Assembly (NCBI GenBank): GCA_963798215.1
Contig: CAWCSP010000004.1
Location: forward strand, 339,880-403,879
Direction of reading: 5' to 3'
Source of the DNA: an uncultured Acidobacteriota bacterium
Lineage (GTDB): Bacteria; Acidobacteriota; Thermoanaerobaculia; UBA5066
DNA length: 64,000 bases
The position numbers were made by a program, and so were the translations under genes. The notes below the pieces were generated by a model, which saw nothing but the letters and a program-made list of their open reading frames with translations, ran no database searches and was not told the origin of the DNA. How positions within the stretch are numbered: position 1 is the first letter of the stretch; each line of letters begins with the position of its first letter. Shown here in pieces: positions 39,817-49,566 of this stretch.

Positions 39817-40917
39817 CTAGCCGCCGGACTCGCCCTTGAGGCCGAGAGTTTCGCGCAGACCGGCGAGAACGTTGGTGTCCTTGATCACGTCGACGAGCCA
39901 CGCGTCGAGCGGCATCTGGCCCCAGGTGATGGCGCGTTGGACGAGGTACGAGACGGGGCTGTGCGGCTCCGTCCTCCGGAAATAGTCGGCGACCTGCGCG
40001 AGCTGGGCGAGCGCCTGGTCCCGCGCCCGGATGGCTCCGCCCGGGCCGCCGGCGCCGCCGGCCGCCGTTTCGCCCCCGGCCCCTTCCGCCGCGTCGGACG
40101 GGTCGGGCTCCTCGATCCTCTTCTCCTTGACGACCTTCTCGAGGAGGCTCCGAATCCCGTCGAGTGTCTTCGTGAGACCGCCGAGCCCCGGGGTCTGGCG
40201 CGCAAAGCGCGCATCCATCTGACTGTCGAGGGCTTTCAGCGCCGCCCAGGTGTCGGTGACGTCCGCGTAGAGCTCCTCGTAGAAGGCGCGGCGCGTCTCG
40301 CTCTTGGCCTTTCGGATCTCCTCGCCCGTGATCTTCCCGTCCGCCTGCGCTCGTGCACGCTTCTCCTCGAGCAGCTGGAGCGCCTCGCTGGAGAGCTTCG
40401 ACGTGTCGGCAGGAAAGTCGTACTGAAGGGCCTCTTCCCACTGGAAGAAGTTGAAGTTCCCGCCGGTGCGCTTCGTCAGCGGGACCTTCCTCGCCGCTTC
40501 CGCGGTCTGGCGGTCCAGCCACGCGAATGCGTTCGCCCTCGCCTCGAGATCGTTGCCCTCGTCGATCTCGGGATAGAGCGTGTCCCAGAAGGTCTCGAGA
40601 AACCCGTTCGCGAGCTTCAGTGAATCCCTGAGCCCCGGGAATCCGTGCATGTTCACGGCCGCTTCGGAGAGCCAGGCCACGATCTGGAGGTCCTTCGTCT
40701 TGCCGCTCAGGCTCTCGCCGGCGAGCTCCGCGACTTTCTCCCAGTCGGCGACCTTCAGCTCGCGGACCCAGTCGCCCTGTGCCACGTCGTCGTCGGCGCG
40801 GCGCGCTTCGCGGATCTCGTCGTGGAGCCCCGAGTACTGGAGGTTCTCCCCGCTCGGCTTCTCGCCCGGGATCGGCGCGAGCAGCGCGTCGAGGTTGAAC
40901 ACGGGAGCTGACGGCAT
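39817..40917 (-). CDS. tssA: T6SS TssA (ImpA_N, short form)
   Basis: LLAPI, ADW..V, KTKDLQIVAWL, FW..LYP and YFRRTEPHSPVSYL motifs. Confidence 0.93.
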   Translation of the reverse strand: MPSAPVFNLDALLAPIPGEKPSGENLQYSGLHDEIREARRADDDVAQGDWVRELKVADWEKVAELAGESLSGKTKDLQIVAWLSEAAVNMHGFPGLRDSLKLANGFLETFWDTLYPEIDEGNDLEARANAFAWLDRQTAEAARKVPLTKRTGGNFNFFQWEEALQYDFPADTSKLSSEALQLLEEKRARAQADGKITGEEIRKAKSETRRAFYEELYADVTDTWAALKALDSQMDARFARQTPGLGGLTKTLDGIRSLLEKVVKEKRIEEPDPSDAAEGAGGETAAGGAGGPGGAIRARDQALAQLAQVADYFRRTEPHSPVSYLVQRAITWGQMPLDAWLVDVIKDTNVLAGLRETLGLKGESGG

Positions 40918-41042
40918 CGCGACGATTTCCTCCGGTCAAAGAGAGACGCTTATGCCATTCGAGGGGCAACAGTTAGAATGGAGACAGGATAGCGACGGCG
41001 CGATGCCCGGTCAAGAGCCAGTCTCAGCGGCGAGGAGAAACC

Positions 41043-41855
41043 ATGCCGACACCAAGAGAACTTTATCAGGCCGGTCAACTTCAGGCGGCGATCCAGGCCC
41101 TCACGGCCGAGGTCAAGGCGAAGCCGGCTGACGGCCCCACCCGGATCTTCCTGTTCGAGCTCCTCGCGTTCGCCGGCGACTGGGATCGAGCCCAGAAGCA
41201 GATCGACGTCCTCGGGCAGGCGGGTCCGAACGAGGCCCTTGCCGTACAGGTGTACCTTGCGAACATCGAGGCCGAGCGCATGCGCGAACGCCTCTTCTCG
41301 GAGGGCCTTCATCCCCACTTCCTGAATGAACCGCCGCCCTACGTGGACCGCCACCTGGAAGCCGTCAACCGGATCCGGGAAGGGAACTTCGCAGAGGCCC
41401 GGACCCTCCTCGACCAGGCGGAGGAGGAGCGGCCCGCGCTGCCGGGGACGCTGAACGGACGGCCCTTCGCCGATTTCCGCGACTGCGACGATGTGATCGG
41501 GCCCGTCCTCGAGCTGATCGTCAAGGACAAGTACACGTGGCTGCCGTTCGAGCAGATCCGCCGCGTGGAGATCAGCCCCCCGTCGAAGCTCCGGGACCTC
41601 GTCTGGGCGCGCGCGAAGATCGAGGCTCTGGACGGCACGGTCGGCGACGTGTTCGTGCCGGCCCTCTACGAGGGAACGCGCCGGAGCACGGACGACCAGC
41701 TTCGGCTCGGACGGATGACGGCCTGGCTGCCGTTGGCCGACGACCTGTCCCGCGGCGCCGGGCTCAAGACGTTCCTGGTGGACGACGACGATGTCGCGCT
41801 GTTCGAGGCGCGGCAGATCGCGTTCCAGGCGCCCGCTTCGACCGCAGGTTCCTGA
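41043..41855 (+). CDS. tagJ: T6SS accessory TagJ (ImpE/SciE)
   Basis: LFELLAFAGDWDRA..Q, Y.WLPFEQI, P..LRDLVW, P.LY and LGR.T.W motifs. Confidence 0.92.
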   Translation: MPTPRELYQAGQLQAAIQALTAEVKAKPADGPTRIFLFELLAFAGDWDRAQKQIDVLGQAGPNEALAVQVYLANIEAERMRERLFSEGLHPHFLNEPPPYVDRHLEAVNRIREGNFAEARTLLDQAEEERPALPGTLNGRPFADFRDCDDVIGPVLELIVKDKYTWLPFEQIRRVEISPPSKLRDLVWARAKIEALDGTVGDVFVPALYEGTRRSTDDQLRLGRMTAWLPLADDLSRGAGLKTFLVDDDDVALFEARQIAFQAPASTAGS

Positions 41856-41860
41856 GCGCA

Positions 41861-41895
41861 AGAAAAAAGACCCTCGCGGGGGCCGCGAGGGTCTT
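41861..41895 (-). terminator. Rho-independent terminator after hcp (may also stop tagJ)
   Basis: AAGACCCTCGCGG-GGG-CCGCGAGGGTCTT stem with a T-tract on the minus strand. Confidence 0.75.
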
Positions 41896-41924
41896 CCGTG
41901 CCGGACGAGGGCGACGTCGGGGGC

Positions 41925-42416
41925 TCAGACGACGTGCTGTTCCTTGTAGTGGTAGCCCGCCTTGGTCGCGCCGCCAAGGGAGCCGTCCTCCTGCTGCTCC
42001 TTGTACTCGACCTCGCACTTCGCGAAGTTCATCGAGATCTGGTCGGTCGGGACGACGTCGCCGGCGCCCCCCGATCCGCCCGTCTGGAAGCTCGTCACGA
42101 GGAGGTCGGTGAACGTCCACTTCAGATACTCTTGCTGTTCCTTACCCGCCTTGCGGGCCACGATGGTGGCCGTCTTGAAGTGCTCGCCGGTCGCGACGGC
42201 GAGGAACAGCTTCGGTGACGCCTTGCTGACCTTCATCGTGAAATGGAAATCCCCTGCTGCGACCTTTCCGGCGCCGCCTCCGCCTCCACTCGACTCCGTA
42301 CCCTGTTGCTGGTGGCCGAACGACCAGCTCATGATCTCGATCTCGCCCTTGTGCTTCTGGTCCTTGCTCTCGCCGTCGATACCGGTGATTTTCAGGAAAT
42401 AGTCTACTGCCGCCAT
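41925..42416 (-). CDS. hcp: T6SS tube protein Hcp
   Basis: YFLKITGIDGESKD..HKGEIEIMSWSFG, KASPKL and ISMNFAK motifs. Confidence 0.96.
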   Translation of the reverse strand: MAAVDYFLKITGIDGESKDQKHKGEIEIMSWSFGHQQQGTESSGGGGGAGKVAAGDFHFTMKVSKASPKLFLAVATGEHFKTATIVARKAGKEQQEYLKWTFTDLLVTSFQTGGSGGAGDVVPTDQISMNFAKCEVEYKEQQEDGSLGGATKAGYHYKEQHVV

Positions 42417-42516
42417 GGGCTGCTCCTTTCATCCGCGTGGATGGATCCGTGAATGTCGGTGGTTTCCGGCCCCTTTCCGTTCATGACGTTTCGATCGCGA
42501 CTCGCGTCTGGTGGCC

Positions 42517-42544
42517 AACATAGTCCGCGTGCGGCGGAATTCAA
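42517..42544 (-). promoter_or_regulatory. Putative sigma70-type promoter for hcp
   Basis: TTGAAT-N16-TATGTT, about 100 nt upstream of the hcp ATG. Confidence 0.45.
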
Positions 42545-42606
42545 CCTCACCTCGACAGACGCGTGACGCCGGTCATCCTGCAACGAGGCGGTTCGTCGAA
42601 TGTCTC

Positions 42607-43140
42607 TCACGAGTTCGTCATCAGGTTGAAGCTGAACACGACGGGACCCGACGTGGGCCCCCCGCTCGTCTGCTCCTTGGCCTGCATCTCGATTCTCCCG
42701 TACGAGAGGTCGAATTCGCACGGCGGAAGCGCACCGCCTCCGCCCCTCCCGAGGTCTCCGGCCTGCACCTTTACGACGAGGACCTCGGAGAGCGTGACCT
42801 TGAAGTACTCGAACTGCTCCTTGCCCGCCTTGCGGCACGTCAGGACCGCGGACGGGATCTTCTCGTTCTTCGCGATTTTCGCGAAGAGCTTCGGGGTCGA
42901 CTTGTCGATCTTCGCGCGGATCGTCACGCTCGACATTCGGACCACGCCGGCGCCCTGGTTCGTGAAGGCATCACGGCCGCTCACCGCATTCAGGCTGAAG
43001 CTGTCGATCTGGATCTCGCCTGCGTGCTTCGGATCGGCGCTCTCGCCGTCGACTCCGTCGAGCTTCAGAAACATGTCGACTTCGGACACCGCGCCCTGCG
43101 GGGGCGCATGAGGGGGAACGAGCTCACGAACGAGCGGCAT
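42607..43140 (-). CDS. hcp: Second, divergent Hcp
   Basis: MFLKLDGVDGESADPKHAGEIQIDSF, DKSTPKL and RKAGKEQ.EY motifs. Confidence 0.9.
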   Translation of the reverse strand: MPLVRELVPPHAPPQGAVSEVDMFLKLDGVDGESADPKHAGEIQIDSFSLNAVSGRDAFTNQGAGVVRMSSVTIRAKIDKSTPKLFAKIAKNEKIPSAVLTCRKAGKEQFEYFKVTLSEVLVVKVQAGDLGRGGGGALPPCEFDLSYGRIEMQAKEQTSGGPTSGPVVFSFNLMTNS

Positions 43141-43242
43141 GGCCGTTTCCTTTCCGTTCCTTCGCCGAGAATGAGACGCGCATCATATGCCGTGAGTCAA
43201 GGTGTGCCGAACGTCACAGTGGTCCGCGCCTCGCGGGCCGTT

Positions 43243-44466
43243 TCAACCAGCGTCGAGGAGTCTGGCGAGGGGAACATCCCAGCCTTCGGGCTCCACCGGG
43301 GGAGTGGGCGCCGGCGGCGGGGCGGGTGAAGGGGCGTCGACGGTGGAAGCAGCCGGGGCGGCCGAGGCCGTCGCCGGGGGTTGTTCCGGAGGAGCGGGGG
43401 TTTCCCCCCGGGCAGGGCTTTCCGACACGCTGGGCGCCTCCGGAGCGGCCTCGCGGCCGGGCTCCTTCGGAGGGGCTGCCGGCTGGACTTCGGCGGGTTC
43501 CGCTGCCGCTCCGAGCCTGATCTCCGCGACGGGCGGATCGGCGGCCGGCGGAGCGCTGGCCGCCGGAGCGGGTTCGGGAGCTGGGGGCGGGACCTCTTCG
43601 ACGAAATCGGTCGGAATCGCCGCGGGGTGGAACAGGTAGACGTCTTCCGCCCGCACGTCGCGGAAGAACAGCACGCCGCAGGGCGCCGACGATCCGATTC
43701 TGTAGAGAACTCCGGCCGGGGCCACCGACGAGGCCTTCGCGAGCCGTTCGGTCCAGAGTTTCAGCTGGTCGAGAGGGCCGCTCTCCTCCGCGAGAGGGAG
43801 GCGAAGTGCCGCGGCGCCGGCGGCGGGACGCCGGGCGGCGGCGTCGAGGCCCGCGAGGAGGGCCGGCCATCGGATGGAGGCGTCCCCGCCGAAAAGGGCC
43901 GTGGCGAGAGGCCCGACACGTTGATGCGCGAGGGCCTCGGCGAGGCGCAGGCGGATCTGCTTCTGCGTCCGGACGGGGACGTCGATCCGGGCGCCGCGAA
44001 GCTCCTGGTAGACGTCCGTGACCGAGCCCCCCGCGTCGTACTTCCGCCGGATCTCCCGGGCGCGGCTCTCGAACGCAGGCAGGTAGTCGAGGGCCGTCAG
44101 GACGGAGGCCGACGGCTTGCCGGCAGGCAGGATCGTGAAGAGGGCGAAGGGGAACTTTCGGAGGCCTCCCTGGTCCGTGCTTCCCCAGATCGCGCCGGCC
44201 GCCATCTTGCGGCTCTCGGGCAGGCCGAGCAGGAACGCGTGGAGGGGAATCTCGGCCGGGCGGCAGTCGTCGCGCGCCGACCAAAGGCGGCTGAAGCCGT
44301 TGGATAGCCAGTCGCGGAACTCGCGCGAGGCGTCGTCGGTGAGGCCCGCGGAGATGAAGTCCTTGTAGACGGGAAGCTTGCCGAACGCGAAGAGCGGCCA
44401 CGACTCGGTCGGGGGCGGATCGTCGGCCGATGGCTTGCGGAAAGAGGATAGGAAGCCGAAACCCAC
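43243..44466 (-). CDS. tagF: TagF (DUF2094)-like T6SS regulator with Pro/Ala-rich tail
   Basis: FGKLP..KDF and STDQGGLRKFPF resemble the TagF GKLP..GDF and S.D..GR.FP motifs. Located directly after tssM. Confidence 0.75.
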   Translation of the reverse strand: MGFGFLSSFRKPSADDPPPTESWPLFAFGKLPVYKDFISAGLTDDASREFRDWLSNGFSRLWSARDDCRPAEIPLHAFLLGLPESRKMAAGAIWGSTDQGGLRKFPFALFTILPAGKPSASVLTALDYLPAFESRAREIRRKYDAGGSVTDVYQELRGARIDVPVRTQKQIRLRLAEALAHQRVGPLATALFGGDASIRWPALLAGLDAAARRPAAGAAALRLPLAEESGPLDQLKLWTERLAKASSVAPAGVLYRIGSSAPCGVLFFRDVRAEDVYLFHPAAIPTDFVEEVPPPAPEPAPAASAPPAADPPVAEIRLGAAAEPAEVQPAAPPKEPGREAAPEAPSVSESPARGETPAPPEQPPATASAAPAASTVDAPSPAPPPAPTPPVEPEGWDVPLARLLDAG

Positions 44467-44484
44467 GTCGCGCTCCTGGAACGG

Positions 44485-47400
44485 TCAGTTCGGGAGAATG
44501 GGCGGCATCGGCTCGTCGAGGCGGATCTCGAAAGCGCCCTCGAGCAGGTCCCGCGGGTTTTTCCCGTCCGGAATCTGGACGCGAATCGTCCAGACCTTCG
44601 GGTCCGAGAGCTCGGTCCGCGCCTCGCTCGCGAGGCGGATGAAGTAGAAGAGCTTGAGGGGACCGCCGGTCATCTCGTAGGTGCTCGTCCAGCCCCCTTC
44701 CCCGGACTGCTCGTTTCGGCCGCTGATCGTCAGGAGGGCGTCGGAGGAGCTGAGCCGCCAGACGAACGGAGGGGGAACCCGCTGGGACTTGATGTCCGTC
44801 GAGGGACGCAGGATCACCCCCCGGTCGAACAGCGTGATCTGCGAGACGCGGTCCTTCAGGGGGCGGCGTCCCGCGCCGGGCTCGCGGTCGAGAGCGAGGA
44901 CGCTGATCTCGCGCCCGCCGGGGCCGCCGGGCCTGCCGGCGAGCGAGGTGGACCCCGTGGCGCCAGCGCCGCTGATGAAGCGTTGCCAGAGGCGCGCCAC
45001 GGCGAGGGAGCCCCGGTTCTGCTGGATGAAGTCGAACGAGGGCTCCGCGCCGCCGAGGAGCGGGTCGACGGCGTACGCGTCCGAGAGGACGCCGACCTCG
45101 GCGAGGGCGCCGAGAACGTCGGCCTGAGAGATCGTGGAGAGGTTCCGGCGGATCGAGAGGCCGCCCGTCGGGCGTTCGGCGGCGTAGTCGGCGCGCTCCT
45201 GCTTCAGGCGGCTCTCAGTGATGAACGGGAACTGGCCCGAGCAGCAGGACGCGAGCCTCTGGTATAGGGCGTCCCACTTGGGATTGAACTGTGGCTCGAT
45301 CGCCGTCCGGAGCAGGCTGGCGCCCCGGTCCTCGAGGCTCTTCAGCGACCGTCCGTGGGGGCCCGACCTGATCCTGAGGTCGCCCGTGAAGGCGTGCCAC
45401 CCCCGGAGCGTCGCCCCGTCGGCTCCCGTTGCGAGCTGTTTCCACGAGTTCAGCTCGTCCTTGTCGCCGAGAGCTCCCACGGTTTTCCTGAACGTCTCGG
45501 CGGCGGCGAGGAGGTAGTCGGGGATCGCGGCGGGCCTCGCCGAGACGCGCGTTCCGAAACGGCTGTTGTAGTACCCGATGACGGGGTTGAGGTTCGCGTT
45601 CGTCTGGACGAAGCCCTGCAGGTCGGCGAGCGTCAGCTGTCCGGCCTGGTCAGGCGCGCCGCCGCCCCCCCCTCCTCCGCCCGGGGACCAGGTCCCGACC
45701 GCAATCTGGTAGGCGCGCCAGCTGCGCGCCGTCAGCGCCGACCCCGGGACGTAGAACCCGCCGCCCGCGGTCCTCACGGGGCTGCCCGTGGCGTCGAGGA
45801 AGCGCTGGAGATAGTCGATCTCGCCCTGGGAGAGGGCCTTCACCTCGCTCTTTGCGTCGTCGCGTGAGAGCGCGTTCGTCTGCCGCTCGGCGAGCGAGAC
45901 GACGCCGTTCGCGTACGGGATCATCATCTGCGTGAACGGCTTCTGGAAGCAGATCGCGGGGTTGCACCCGGGCCCGATCGACGCGGTCAGGAACTCCTGC
46001 ACGGGCGGAAGCACGCGCGCGAGGAGCGCGAGTTCCGCGGTGCGGCGCGCGAACGGTCCGACGTCGCTCCACCGGAAGCGGGAGTCCGGGATCGTCCTCT
46101 CGAAGTCCGATGCCTTCGCGACGGAGGCATTCTTGAGGTCTTCCTGGCGCTTCTGCCATTCCTCGAGCTTCTGCTTCTTGCCGTCGAGGGACGAGATCGT
46201 GTTCACCTGCGTGAGGATCTTTCCGTCGTCGCTCGCCCGGAAGGCGTCGAGGTCGGAGTACGCGCCGACGTCGGAGAGGAGGCCGCTCACGAGGACGGTC
46301 GGGTTCGCGAGCTTCGTCTTTCCCGGCGTCGTGGTCTCGTCGAGGAGAAACGCGAAGCCGCTCTTCTGCGCGCCGAGGTTCGCGGAGTCGACCTGGAGGC
46401 GCCCGATGAGCTCCTGGAGCCGCGACGTGTTGATGCGCGTCTGCGCCGCCGGGTGGAACGTCGGAGCGATCGTCGCGCCCGGGAGCGACGGCGGAGGAGG
46501 AGCGGGCAGGGGCGGCGGCAGAGTGACGCCGCCGGCCGTCGACGGCGCGGCCGCGGTCGTCGCGGCCGGGAGGGGCGGGGCCGGCGGCCCGATCGTCAGG
46601 AGCTGCGCGTACGACTCGTTCAGGTACCGCTGCCACTGATCGAGCGTCGCACCCGGGAATCCCCGCTCTCCGGGCCGCGGGGTCTCGAGGTGCTTGGCGA
46701 GCGCGTCGTAGTTCGCCTTGAACTGCTTCGCGGTGTCGGCGGCGCGCTTGAGGTAGCTCTCCTGCTGCGGATCCACGATCCCGGTGAGCGCGGTATAGAG
46801 CCGGACCCACTCCTCCAGCCCCTTCATGAGCTTCCAGTCCCAGCGCGCGAGGTTCGCGACGGTCCAGTACCGCTCGAACGTGTCGATGGGGCGGCTCGGG
46901 TCGGGGACGCTGACCTTCAGCTCGCCCGCCGTGCGCCCGCGCGCGAGCTGCGTGACGAAAAGGTCCGGCCGCGGGTCGGACGGCGTGATCTGCGCCGCCC
47001 ACTCGTCGATCTGGGCCGCGAACTCGCTTCCGACCATTCCCTTCGTCTTCTGGGCGAAGGTCGCGAGATTGAGGAGCCGCAGGTCCTCGGCGCGGAACGC
47101 ATCGGTGCCGTCCGCCTTCTTGAGGCTCTGGTCGAAGCCGCGCCACGCGAGGAAGCTCTGGAGGGCCCCGAAGAACGCGGGGTAGTCGGAGAAGGTCTCC
47201 CAGTTCAACGCGGCCATCCGCGCCTCGGACTCCTTCAGGAGCGGCCGCACGACCCCGTCGAAAAAGAGCGCCTCCTGGACGGTCGCGAGGAGCTGCTGGA
47301 TCTCGTTCGACTTCGCGCCTCTCAGGAACAGGCCGAGCAGGAACGGGTGCCGACCGAGCTCGACGCGGTCCTCGTAGAGGAGACGGGTCAGCTCGTACTT

Positions 47401-48864
47401 CTGGGCGATCGTGCACGGTGTCTTCATGCAGGCCTGCGCCTGCGCGGCGTGCGTACGGATCGGGTTCAGGATTCGCCGGAGCGAGAGGAACGCGGGGATC
47501 ATCGTGAGGACGATCAGAGGCAGGATCGCCCACGTGAGGATCCGGAACGCGAGCGTCGTCTTCTTCTCGCGCTCGGCTGCTGCGCGGGTCTTCGCGACGA
47601 GCCCCTGCTCCGGGAAGACCTTCTTCTCGTAGAAGTCCTTGATGAAGAAGGCGCGTGACTTCTTGAAGATGTTCTCGAGACTCTCGATCACGTCGCCCTG
47701 CGAGCCCGAGGGACCCTTCAGGAGGTCGCGGGTGGCCTGCGCGATCGGCTTGCCCTGCTGGACGCCGCTCGAGATGTAGAACCCGCGGAAGACGAACGGC
47801 TCGTCGTAGCGGCTCTGCGTGAGGATCGCGTCGAGGTAGCGCCGGACCGGGTCCTTCAGGGCGCGAAGCTCCTCGGGGAAGACGAGGAACCGGTCGGCGT
47901 TCGCAACGTTCTCCTCGGTCGCGAGGAACTTCAGCCGGAGCTTGTGGACGCGCGTGACGATCTGGTCCCAGGCCGCGTCCACGACGTTCGGGTCGTACGG
48001 CTTCTCGGGGCCGGCGGGGTTCGACCAGCCGAAGAGCTGGCGCTGTTCGACCGGGTCGAGCTTCGTGAAGAACTCCGAGAACCCGAGCGCACGGTCGGCC
48101 TTCGTGATCAGGAAGAAGATCGGGAACCGGATGTCGAGGAGGCGCTGGATGTGGATCAGCTTCGCCCGGATGTTCTGCGCCTTCTTCTCCTGCTCCTCCG
48201 GGGTGTCCTCGAGGAGCGACGTCGCAGGGATCACGACGAGGACGCCGTTGATGGGGCAGTAGCTCCGGTGCTTTCTCAGGAGCTTGAGGAAGCTCGACCA
48301 CTCCGACGCGTCGGGAGCCGCCTCCTCCTGGAACGTGAAGCGCCCGGCCGTGTCGAGGATCACGGCCTCGTTCGCGAACCACCAGTCGCAGTTGCGCGTC
48401 CCTCCGGCTCCCGAGAGCGCGTCTCCGCCCACGGGGAACTCCAGCCCGGAGTTCTTGAGCGTCGTGCTCTTGCCCGACTGCGGCTCCCCGATCAGGAGGT
48501 ACCAGGGCAGCGAGTAGATGTCGAGCCCGGCCCCCTTGAGGTTCTGGACCGCCTCGAGCCACTTGGCCGAGAGGTCCTTCAGAGCCTCGCGGACCTCTTC
48601 CTTCGACGCGCCGGCGGACTGCGAGTCCTTCCGGAGCTCGCCCTCGAAGGCCCGGCCCTTCTGCTTCTCGCGGCCCTTGCGCAGCCACTCGAAGAGGACG
48701 ACGGCGGCCACGACGACGAGCAGCCCGAGCAGGAAGAGCCACCAGTATTTCTCGAGGCCCAGAAGGCGGATCAGGAAGTAGCTGACCGGGATGAAGAGAA
48801 TGGCCGTGCCGAGGTACTTGAGCGGCTTCGGGAGGCCCTGGATCAGCGAGAGAAACTCCTGCAT
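44485..48864 (-). CDS. tssM: T6SS membrane complex TssM (IcmF), long atypical periplasmic region
   Basis: LPWYLLIGEPQSGKST, TRNCDWWF..EAVILDTAGR, PINGVLV, RGFYISS and FFIKD motifs, 3 TMs. Confidence 0.92.
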   Translation of the reverse strand: MQEFLSLIQGLPKPLKYLGTAILFIPVSYFLIRLLGLEKYWWLFLLGLLVVVAAVVLFEWLRKGREKQKGRAFEGELRKDSQSAGASKEEVREALKDLSAKWLEAVQNLKGAGLDIYSLPWYLLIGEPQSGKSTTLKNSGLEFPVGGDALSGAGGTRNCDWWFANEAVILDTAGRFTFQEEAAPDASEWSSFLKLLRKHRSYCPINGVLVVIPATSLLEDTPEEQEKKAQNIRAKLIHIQRLLDIRFPIFFLITKADRALGFSEFFTKLDPVEQRQLFGWSNPAGPEKPYDPNVVDAAWDQIVTRVHKLRLKFLATEENVANADRFLVFPEELRALKDPVRRYLDAILTQSRYDEPFVFRGFYISSGVQQGKPIAQATRDLLKGPSGSQGDVIESLENIFKKSRAFFIKDFYEKKVFPEQGLVAKTRAAAEREKKTTLAFRILTWAILPLIVLTMIPAFLSLRRILNPIRTHAAQAQACMKTPCTIAQKYELTRLLYEDRVELGRHPFLLGLFLRGAKSNEIQQLLATVQEALFFDGVVRPLLKESEARMAALNWETFSDYPAFFGALQSFLAWRGFDQSLKKADGTDAFRAEDLRLLNLATFAQKTKGMVGSEFAAQIDEWAAQITPSDPRPDLFVTQLARGRTAGELKVSVPDPSRPIDTFERYWTVANLARWDWKLMKGLEEWVRLYTALTGIVDPQQESYLKRAADTAKQFKANYDALAKHLETPRPGERGFPGATLDQWQRYLNESYAQLLTIGPPAPPLPAATTAAAPSTAGGVTLPPPLPAPPPPSLPGATIAPTFHPAAQTRINTSRLQELIGRLQVDSANLGAQKSGFAFLLDETTTPGKTKLANPTVLVSGLLSDVGAYSDLDAFRASDDGKILTQVNTISSLDGKKQKLEEWQKRQEDLKNASVAKASDFERTIPDSRFRWSDVGPFARRTAELALLARVLPPVQEFLTASIGPGCNPAICFQKPFTQMMIPYANGVVSLAERQTNALSRDDAKSEVKALSQGEIDYLQRFLDATGSPVRTAGGGFYVPGSALTARSWRAYQIAVGTWSPGGGGGGGGAPDQAGQLTLADLQGFVQTNANLNPVIGYYNSRFGTRVSARPAAIPDYLLAAAETFRKTVGALGDKDELNSWKQLATGADGATLRGWHAFTGDLRIRSGPHGRSLKSLEDRGASLLRTAIEPQFNPKWDALYQRLASCCSGQFPFITESRLKQERADYAAERPTGGLSIRRNLSTISQADVLGALAEVGVLSDAYAVDPLLGGAEPSFDFIQQNRGSLAVARLWQRFISGAGATGSTSLAGRPGGPGGREISVLALDREPGAGRRPLKDRVSQITLFDRGVILRPSTDIKSQRVPPPFVWRLSSSDALLTISGRNEQSGEGGWTSTYEMTGGPLKLFYFIRLASEARTELSDPKVWTIRVQIPDGKNPRDLLEGAFEIRLDEPMPPILPN

Positions 48865-48870
48865 GGCGCC

Positions 48871-49566
48871 CTACGCCAGCCCCATGGCCTGCACGACGGT
48901 CCGGAGGTCGTCGACGGAGCGGGCCCACATGAGCCACGTGATCGCGTAGTAGAGAAAGAGGATGCCGACGCCGACGATCGCGACGCGCGCGAGGGTGACG
49001 GCCGGGGAGAGCTTGCGCGCCGGCGCGGCCGTGACGTGGTACGCGTCCGGCGTGACCTTGTCGCCCAGGTCGGCGAGGTACTCCGCCAGGAGCCGGTAGA
49101 CCCGGTTCTTGATCTCGACGGCCTTCTCGGGGCGCTCGCGGTACTTGCCGCGGAACCCGAGGGCCAGCCCGGTGAAGACGATCGCCGCGAGCTCCACGTC
49201 TTCCGGACGGAGCTCCTTGGCGATGTTGAAGAACTGGTCGCCGCCGATGTTCGTCTTGAAGTACTTCTCCTCGAAGATGCGCTGCTCCCATTCGGCGCTG
49301 TGCTCCCAGCCGGAGTGGAGGAGGATCTCGTCCGCGAGGACGACGAGGGGATACCGCGCCTTCTCGTAGAGCGCGTCGAGCCGCGGGTCGCCCCTCACGG
49401 CGCGCGCCTGCTCGTCGAAGATCTCCTCGAGATCGGCCGCGACCGCGCCGGGCTCGAGCTTGACGCCGCGGCGGACCTTCTGCCGGAACGAGCTCAGGAA
49501 CAGGAAGAGGCGGGAGCAGACCCGGAACAGGTCGGTCGTGCTCGTGCCGCTATCCACGGGTCGCAC
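48871..49566 (-). CDS. tssL: T6SS TssL (DotU), no OmpA domain
   Basis: ARYPLVVLADE, W, GGDQFF and LALGFRGKY motifs, C-terminal TM. Start may be GTG 49557. Confidence 0.92.
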   Translation of the reverse strand: MRPVDSGTSTTDLFRVCSRLFLFLSSFRQKVRRGVKLEPGAVAADLEEIFDEQARAVRGDPRLDALYEKARYPLVVLADEILLHSGWEHSAEWEQRIFEEKYFKTNIGGDQFFNIAKELRPEDVELAAIVFTGLALGFRGKYRERPEKAVEIKNRVYRLLAEYLADLGDKVTPDAYHVTAAPARKLSPAVTLARVAIVGVGILFLYYAITWLMWARSVDDLRTVVQAMGLA

